Of a stretch of DNA of 12,754 nt, positions 7,342 through 12,754 are shown piece by piece (positions within the stretch are counted from its first letter, which is position 1; every line of letters begins with the position of its first letter). The DNA comes from an uncultured Lachnospiraceae bacterium (GTDB lineage Bacteria; Bacillota; Clostridia; Lachnospirales; Lachnospiraceae). Both the position numbers and the translations under genes were made by a program. The stretch spans positions 1 to 12,754 of the forward strand of contig CAYLSH010000058.1 of NCBI GenBank assembly GCA_964386235.1. The letters are read 5' to 3'. The notes under the pieces were generated by a model that worked only from the letters and a program-made list of their open reading frames with translations, was not told the origin of the DNA and ran no database searches.

Positions 7342-7604
7342 GACGGCATCCGGAATCGGTGTGAAGGAGAATATGTGTATGGAGCGTTGGCTGATTGCGA
7401 CTGTAAACGTGATAGTACTGGTAGGGGGTGGCTTTTTGCTGTATCGCCACTTTGTTACAAACAGGATTATGGATAAGGACACAATTCTGTTTCCGCCGGA
7501 CGGATGGCAAAAATTATGCGGAACTCGAACTGGAGGATGGCAGAAAATGCCGGATTGAGATCGAATACCTTGAGGAAAGTCCCACGATCAATGGCATGTA
7601 TACA

Positions 7605-7636
7605 TTGACATTTTATACCGGGGGGGGGGGTAAAAT
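7605..7636 (+). promoter_or_regulatory. Candidate phase-variable promoter: perfect -35 TTGACA (7605-7610), 20-nt spacer containing the G11 tract, -10 TAAAAT (7631-7636)
   Basis: Hexamers read directly. The spacer (TTTTATACC plus G11) is 3 nt longer than the 17-nt optimum. Loss of 3 G would give a near-ideal promoter 86 bp upstream of the giant secreted protein gene. Confidence 0.35.
7620..7630. repeat. Homopolymeric G11 tract
   Basis: Read directly: g at 7620 plus gggggggggg at 7621-7630. This is very unusual in a genome that otherwise appears to be about 40-45% GC. It is a candidate slipped-strand mispairing site, or a homopolymer sequencing error. Confidence 0.9.
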
Positions 7637-7721
7637 GCAAAGTAATAGCGTGGGGCAGATGCCAACGCACAGAAAATAAGCCAAATGAGCTTAAATATTG
7701 TAGAAGAGGAAAGGTAAAAGG

Positions 7722-7799
7722 ATGAGAAAGACGAAACAATTTCTAGCATTTGCACTTGCCATCATGATGTTCATGACCAATACGGTGAGTGCTTCGGCA
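7722..7799 (+). other. Predicted Sec signal peptide (26 aa) of the giant protein
   Basis: Basic n-region MRKTKQ, hydrophobic core FLAFALAIMMFM, c-region TNTVSASA with an A-x-A-like cleavage context before TGTG. Confidence 0.6.
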
Positions 7800-10700
7800 A
7801 CCGGAACCGGCGTCACGCTTGGGCAAAGCGGTCAGAATGTGATTGCGACAACCGGAGAAACGGGAGTTCCGGAAACGGGTGAACCGGAGACGGGAACACC
7901 GGAAATGGGTGAACCGGAGACGGGGACAGCGGAAACAGGTGAAGTGGAAACAGGAGTTCCGGAAACGGGAACACCGGAAGCAACAGAACCAACCACCGAG
8001 GAGGCGACCGCTAAAGAGGCGACCACCGAGGAAAGTACGGAGGGGATGCTTGCAGCGGATGTGCTGAAGGATACCACGGTGGACTTTAGTACGACACAGA
8101 CGGGGGACTATGTGATCCCGGTCAGTGACGGCACTGCGACGGTTTATGTAAAGACACTTGCGGATGCGGTGGATTATGTGGATAAGATCGGCAATAACAG
8201 CACTGCATATACGATTAATTATAATCTCAAAGGTAAGACATACTCGATTGGAGAAAATGATCTGGTATCCGCTGAGAAAAGAAATATTACGCTGATTACG
8301 GATGAGATTTCACTTGATGGCAATGTAAATATCGCTATTCAGGCGTCCGCTATTTCCAGTGTGAAGGGGGATGAACTTACTATTCAGAGTGGGCTATATT
8401 CCACAAAACTCAGTGGCACAACGGATAATAAATGTACAATAGAAGGCGCTATTAGTATTGGGGAGGGTGCCTCTGTTACATTGGAGAATGTCATTCTGGG
8501 CACTGCAGATGAAGGAGTCGACATCACTGATTTAGGGACAGGCAATCATTCCATAACCATTATGGACGCTACGATTCAAAATTTGAATTCCATTTCTATT
8601 TCGGGTGCACTTGCACTTGTGGATATTACGGTAGCGGATGGAAAACAACTACCTATAGATTTGACTGATACTTATGCAAGTTCGGCTGATTATGAGGTGG
8701 GCAAAACGAAAACCAGGACGGTGTTTCAGGTAAGCGGAAGCCTGACGGTGGGAAGCGGCAATTCTACAAATGAAGAAAATGTCGCACCGATTAAAATTAA
8801 GAAAAGCGCCTCTGTAGACAATGATGGGTATTACACTGTCGCACCCGTTCATGGGGACCTCCTTGCCGTATACACGGGGACGGATCCGGAACACTCCGGA
8901 TGGACAGATCTTTCCCATTACGAGATAACAGGGATGACCAATCCGGAGAATTTTTCTATTGTGCCGGAGAAAACAGGGGAAGGCATCTACAATCTGATTT
9001 TGCAGGAAAAGAGTATTGTATCCCTTACGGAAGAGCCGGACGCTACGAATCCTACCGTAAAATATTATGGTAATATGGAGGCTTTAAAGACTTATCTGAC
9101 AAGCGATGCAGCAGAAAACAAGTCCTATCTGATTACCTTATTGGATGATGTGGAATCATTGGGGACGGAAACCTTGGACTTTTCTTCTTCAAAGGCGGCT
9201 TGTATTGATCTGAAAATGAATGAGCATACGATTTCCTTTTCAGATCAATTGGCGATTGTGGTGGATAAGGTAATCGGGGATGATAAGGCTCAGTTTATTG
9301 GAACCGGTAGCGGTAATTCACTCAGCATTGGATCAAGAACGGAGAGTAAAACTTACTGGAAAAAGGTTGCACTGAGTGGCATGGAATATCTTTCCATAAA
9401 AGGTAGTGTAACAATTGATAATGCCCTTACATGGGATGTGGACGAGGTCACTATAGATAAAGATATTGAAATCAATAGTCTGACGGCTGATAAAGTGGTG
9501 TATAAGAGTGAGTATACTACTCTGCGCATTAACACGGCATTGAATACGGATTACCTGGGATTTTACGACGATGAAGCCGGCAATTCGACCGCTCTTCATG
9601 CAGCGCCGGGGGCAACTTTAAACATCAAAGATGTTCAGTTTAGTGATAACACATCACTGACGATCTGTCTGGAATATAAGGATGGTACGCCCATTGCGGG
9701 GAATGCACTTACGATCACCGGAGATGTGACTTGTGGAACCCAAAACACACCGATTACGATCGTAAAGAGCAAACGCGCTCCTAGGACAGAGAATAATGTG
9801 GTAGTTAAGGATGACTTCGGCAATACGGTTTATGATGAAACCGAAGAACATTTTGCAAATGGGGAAACAATCGCAACCGTAACGAATATGGATGTGTCGG
9901 CTGATTGTTTTAAGATAAACGGAAAAACTGCGAGAGTGGAACGAAGCGGGGACAAAATGAAAGCCATTCTGCCCACCGTAGAAGTAACCGGCCTGAGATC
10001 GGGATTTACAAAGGGATATGCCAGCCTGAATGATGCCGTGAAGAATCTGGCGGCGGACACAAATAGTACTGAGGATTCTTATCAGTTTACGCTTCTTGCG
10101 GATGAAAAACTGACGGCGAATATGACACTTCCGTCATTTGTAACAGAAGCGACTTTCGTTACATTGGACGAAGCGGGTGTCTATGAGCAGCATAGCCTGG
10201 ATCTGAACGGAAAGACCCTGTCCTCTGCCGGCCTGATAAAGGTTACGGGGGGTGCCGGCATGTGCAGCACATCGGCAACAAGCGGTAAACTCGTAACCAC
10301 ATCCGGCGATTATAAGACTTTGCAACTCACACCGGGTAAAGTTAAGGGTGTAAGATCCCCCATGTTGGATAATGTGGCGGTAAGTGTTAAAAATGGTTCT
10401 GTCGTTTTTGACATAGAAAGCGGATGTGAGAAAAATGAAGAACACATACTGAACGCGACCTTTGATGTCAAGGAGTTTACTGTTTGGACGGAAAGTATCT
10501 GGAAGATTGAAAATCTAAATTCCAAGACCAAGGGCTATATTAAGACAGAAGCATACAACTTAAACGGTAGTATGACGGTTGATCAGTTGTATATTCAGGT
10601 GCCCAAAGGGGCAATGGCAGATATGTCGAGATTACATGGCAACCTGAATGTCAACACGATGACAATGCAGAATGCATACATGGTTAGTGACACTGCATCC

Positions 10701-12754
10701 AATGTTAGAGTGGGAACCTTAAAGGAAACCGAGTCCTCCCTTTCTTTGGAAGGCAATCTGCAACTGGGAAATGTGACATTAAACAATTCCGAACTGTATA
10801 TGGGATATTATACGGATTTTGAGGGTGAAAAAGAAAATGGGTATACTACGAATGCAGTGATTGGTACCCTTACTCTTTCCGGTGGCAGTGAATTCTGGTG
10901 CTATGGAAAATGTGAAGCGGAAAAGATTGAGTCCACTGCTTCACAGATTGCAACGTATTTCGGATTGATTGATATTGAGAATCTGACTGTTAATTCTGCC
11001 TATGCAGGTGAAAGTCAGAATAAATACACATTGTATAACATGGGTGATTCCGACTATGAAGGCGGCATCCGGATCTCCGGCACCCTGAACATGAAAGCCG
11101 GTACTTTATACAATGATGCCTACGGCAAGATGGAGATCGGCAAAGCAATTGTAAAAGATGTGGTCAATGGAGAATACGCGCAGATAATCTGCAATGATTT
11201 TACCAATACGGGCAAACTGACTCTGGAAAAAGAGAGTAAACTTCTGCTCAACAAAACGGCAGCATTAAACAATGTAAAAGAAGCAAAATGCGGGAATGAT
11301 GACTATGCAGCCATCGGACGCAGTGCGGATGCAACCGTTACGTTAAAAGGCAGCTTTACAACGGAATCTGAGGAAGACCGCATTTATGCCTTTGTAACGG
11401 ATAAATATAAGGATGCCGTTACAACGGATACTTTTGAAACGATTGTATTTCCGGCAAAGAATACGGCAGTTAATGGTGAAATAGATACTTTGAATGCAGG
11501 GGATACTCTTTTTAAGACTGAGATCAGGACTTTCCCGTCAGAGAGTATTCAGGTATTGCCGCAGTGGCTATCGAATGTAACAAACGAAAGAATAGCCAAT
11601 CCAAATGATGCCGTATATCAGCAGGACAAAGATCTTAAAATAAGCGGCAACTATATCACGGTGTATGTGAATAAGCCGGATGGAAAGGGAGAAACTAAAC
11701 TTCAGGCATTTTCCCAATGGAAGGATGCGGTTGCGTATATCAATACGCTGAATAATATGGAAGCTTCCTACACGATCGGTATCTCCAATCATGTGGATAC
11801 CATGGGAAAACTGGAACTTCCGACCAAAGCAGCCGGCATTACGGTGCGTAGTGACGTTGAGGACGGAGAAGGGGAAGAGACTTCAAGAAAGCCGGTTCTT
11901 CTCTACTACCGGGACGATATTGCACTGAATACGGACACAACCTTTGACAGTATTTATTTTGTACCGTATAAAGCGGGCACAACGAAAACAAAATATGTCG
12001 GTTCCATCGATACAAAAGGAAAGAGATTGGAACTGAAGGCAATCGGATCGCTGGCCTATTGTGAAGATTTAGACCCGGAACAGTTGGGCGAGGAGGACAT
12101 TGCTCCTTTCAAGGCGATCAAAGGAACCAAAACCACGGAAGTATATATAAACGACACTGATTTGATGATTACGGATAAGATGACCGGCATTCATCAGCTT
12201 ACACTTTTAAATGATGCATCTTTAAGTGCGCGCGGTGGTTTGTCCGTGGACGTTGTATACAGTGATCCGGGAGAAGATCATAATGAACTGTATGTACTCG
12301 GAGAAAAGAATGTTCTGGAAATAAAAGAGCAGCTCGTGATGAAGGGTGGGACTTCTCTTGTAAGTGACGGAAGCATAAAAGTGAAGGACGTTGTCACAAA
12401 CGGTTCCGGAAACTCTATGGTGACCTTAAAAGAAAACAACATTCTGATCACCGGAAGGGTGTATGCTAAGACGGGTACACAGCGTGATAATACAATTCTT
12501 ATCGCCACGCGGGATAATGGAAATATACTTGCGAATGCCAAACTGGTATCTCCGACCTGGTTTAAAACAGGGGAGCTCGATGGAGAGGGTAACTTCGGGG
12601 AAAGCACTTATTCGGTATATAAAGATGGCGATATGCTTGTGCGTACTTCACACGGGGAAAATATTCTTCTTTCTGTGAAAAACGCAAGCAGTGTGGATAA
12701 AATCAACCAGTTTGAAACATTGCAGGAAGCCTTTTTAGAGATCGATCGCCTTGG
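7722..12754 (+). CDS. Giant secreted or cell-surface repeat protein (5' partial, more than 1677 aa): signal peptide, acidic ETGxP linker, beta-helix-like modular repeats
   Basis: ATG 7722 lies 11 nt after GAGGA (7706-7710). The frame stays open to the window end, and the absence of any stop-delimited + strand ORF in the track agrees. The N-terminus MRKTKQFLAFALAIMMFMTNTVSASA is a Sec signal peptide. Low-complexity T/E/P-rich region. The body is rich in T/S/N/G/I/V with strand-like periodic motifs such as GNVNIAIQASAIS, CTIEGAISIGEGASVTLENVILG and SITIMDATIQNLNSISISG. Confidence 0.85.
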   Translation, partial: MRKTKQFLAFALAIMMFMTNTVSASATGTGVTLGQSGQNVIATTGETGVPETGEPETGTPEMGEPETGTAETGEVETGVPETGTPEATEPTTEEATAKEATTEESTEGMLAADVLKDTTVDFSTTQTGDYVIPVSDGTATVYVKTLADAVDYVDKIGNNSTAYTINYNLKGKTYSIGENDLVSAEKRNITLITDEISLDGNVNIAIQASAISSVKGDELTIQSGLYSTKLSGTTDNKCTIEGAISIGEGASVTLENVILGTADEGVDITDLGTGNHSITIMDATIQNLNSISISGALALVDITVADGKQLPIDLTDTYASSADYEVGKTKTRTVFQVSGSLTVGSGNSTNEENVAPIKIKKSASVDNDGYYTVAPVHGDLLAVYTGTDPEHSGWTDLSHYEITGMTNPENFSIVPEKTGEGIYNLILQEKSIVSLTEEPDATNPTVKYYGNMEALKTYLTSDAAENKSYLITLLDDVESLGTETLDFSSSKAACIDLKMNEHTISFSDQLAIVVDKVIGDDKAQFIGTGSGNSLSIGSRTESKTYWKKVALSGMEYLSIKGSVTIDNALTWDVDEVTIDKDIEINSLTADKVVYKSEYTTLRINTALNTDYLGFYDDEAGNSTALHAAPGATLNIKDVQFSDNTSLTICLEYKDGTPIAGNALTITGDVTCGTQNTPITIVKSKRAPRTENNVVVKDDFGNTVYDETEEHFANGETIATVTNMDVSADCFKINGKTARVERSGDKMKAILPTVEVTGLRSGFTKGYASLNDAVKNLAADTNSTEDSYQFTLLADEKLTANMTLPSFVTEATFVTLDEAGVYEQHSLDLNGKTLSSAGLIKVTGGAGMCSTSATSGKLVTTSGDYKTLQLTPGKVKGVRSPMLDNVAVSVKNGSVVFDIESGCEKNEEHILNATFDVKEFTVWTESIWKIENLNSKTKGYIKTEAYNLNGSMTVDQLYIQVPKGAMADMSRLHGNLNVNTMTMQNAYMVSDTASNVRVGTLKETESSLSLEGNLQLGNVTLNNSELYMGYYTDFEGEKENGYTTNAVIGTLTLSGGSEFWCYGKCEAEKIESTASQIATYFGLIDIENLTVNSAYAGESQNKYTLYNMGDSDYEGGIRISGTLNMKAGTLYNDAYGKMEIGKAIVKDVVNGEYAQIICNDFTNTGKLTLEKESKLLLNKTAALNNVKEAKCGNDDYAAIGRSADATVTLKGSFTTESEEDRIYAFVTDKYKDAVTTDTFETIVFPAKNTAVNGEIDTLNAGDTLFKTEIRTFPSESIQVLPQWLSNVTNERIANPNDAVYQQDKDLKISGNYITVYVNKPDGKGETKLQAFSQWKDAVAYINTLNNMEASYTIGISNHVDTMGKLELPTKAAGITVRSDVEDGEGEETSRKPVLLYYRDDIALNTDTTFDSIYFVPYKAGTTKTKYVGSIDTKGKRLELKAIGSLAYCEDLDPEQLGEEDIAPFKAIKGTKTTEVYINDTDLMITDKMTGIHQLTLLNDASLSARGGLSVDVVYSDPGEDHNELYVLGEKNVLEIKEQLVMKGGTSLVSDGSIKVKDVVTNGSGNSMVTLKENNILITGRVYAKTGTQRDNTILIATRDNGNILANAKLVSPTWFKTGELDGEGNFGESTYSVYKDGDMLVRTSHGENILLSVKNASSVDKINQFETLQEAFLEIDRL
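7857..7976 (+). repeat. Eight tandem 15-bp coding repeats encoding ETG(V/E/T)(P/A/V) pentapeptides (acidic linker)
   Basis: Read directly (ccggaaacgggtgaa, ccggagacgggaaca, and so on). It produces low-complexity frame artefacts: a + strand arginine-rich ORF (7843..8067) and a - strand S/P/V-rich ORF (7832..8077). Confidence 0.7.

Larger units (their letters stand above)
7379..7679 (+). pseudogene. Frame-disrupted small membrane-anchored protein gene (possibly DUF1093/YxeA-like), or two overlapping short ORFs
   Basis: ATG 7379 follows GGAG (7366-7369) and encodes a TM helix (MERWLIATVNVIVLVGGGFLLY...). That frame stops at 7558. The +1 frame (track ORF 7428..7679, GTG start with no spacing from its RBS) encodes a protein-like beta-rich segment, DGKNYAELELEDGRKCRIEIEYLEESPTINGMYTLTFYTGGGG. 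A frameshift between 7428 and 7556 would join the two. The G11 tract lies inside the second frame. Confidence 0.3.

Noticed and set aside
4338-7510. Short ORFs on both strands inside the two GGDEF genes (for example 4338..4646 -, 6238..6597 -, 6988..7482 -)
   Set aside because: They are embedded in long, well-supported + strand genes with clear domain architecture. They have no initiation signals.
7832-8077. Minus-strand ORF with S/P/V-rich repeats and plus-strand arginine-rich ORF 7843..8067
   Set aside because: Both are alternative-frame readings of the 15-bp ETGxP tandem repeat inside the giant protein gene, so they are low-complexity artefacts.
8649-12678. Short minus-strand ORFs, and 12463..12678 +, inside the giant gene
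   Set aside because: Shadow ORFs within an uninterrupted + strand reading frame of more than 5 kb that shows a coherent signal-peptide and repeat architecture.

Overview
The window reads as chromosomal DNA from a low-to-moderate GC Firmicutes (Clostridia-like) genome, judged by GGAGG/GGGGG ribosome-binding sites, sigma-A type promoters and A-tract/U-tract terminators. No BLAST or HMM search was run, so all protein-family assignments rest on motif-level reading. All credible genes lie on the + strand; every listed minus-strand ORF sits inside a + strand gene and looks like a frame artefact.

Reading left to right:
- 1-450: a short regulatory region with three direct 12-bp repeats at the window edge, a 39-codon ORF behind a strong RBS, and two hairpins.
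- 540-3737: a tight four-gene operon with its own near-consensus promoter and a strong terminator. It encodes an SPFH/Band-7 (YdjI-like) protein fused to three tandem zinc ribbons, a 4-TM protein with a coiled coil, a membrane protein with a winged-helix-like segment and a zinc ribbon, and a small coiled-coil protein with a double zinc ribbon. It resembles a variant of the Bacillus pspA-ydjGHI envelope-stress module that lacks PspA.
- 3890-7341: a TTGACG-N17-TATAAT promoter, a leader of about 120 nt, and two tandem paralogous 540-aa 7TMR-DISM-type diguanylate cyclases. Each has a signal anchor, a ~150-aa extracellular domain, 7 TM helices and an intact GGDEF domain.
- 7379-7679: a frame-disrupted small membrane-protein gene containing a G11 homopolymer. 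The same G tract sits in the spacer between a perfect TTGACA and a TAAAAT -10 hexamer, 86 bp upstream of the next gene.
- 7722 to the window end: the 5' end (more than 1677 codons, no stop reached) of a giant secreted protein. It has a signal peptide, an (ETGxP)8 acidic linker and roughly five ~310-aa beta-rich modules.

The poly-G promoter-spacer switch upstream of the giant surface protein and the PspA-less SPFH/zinc-ribbon module are the most interesting items.
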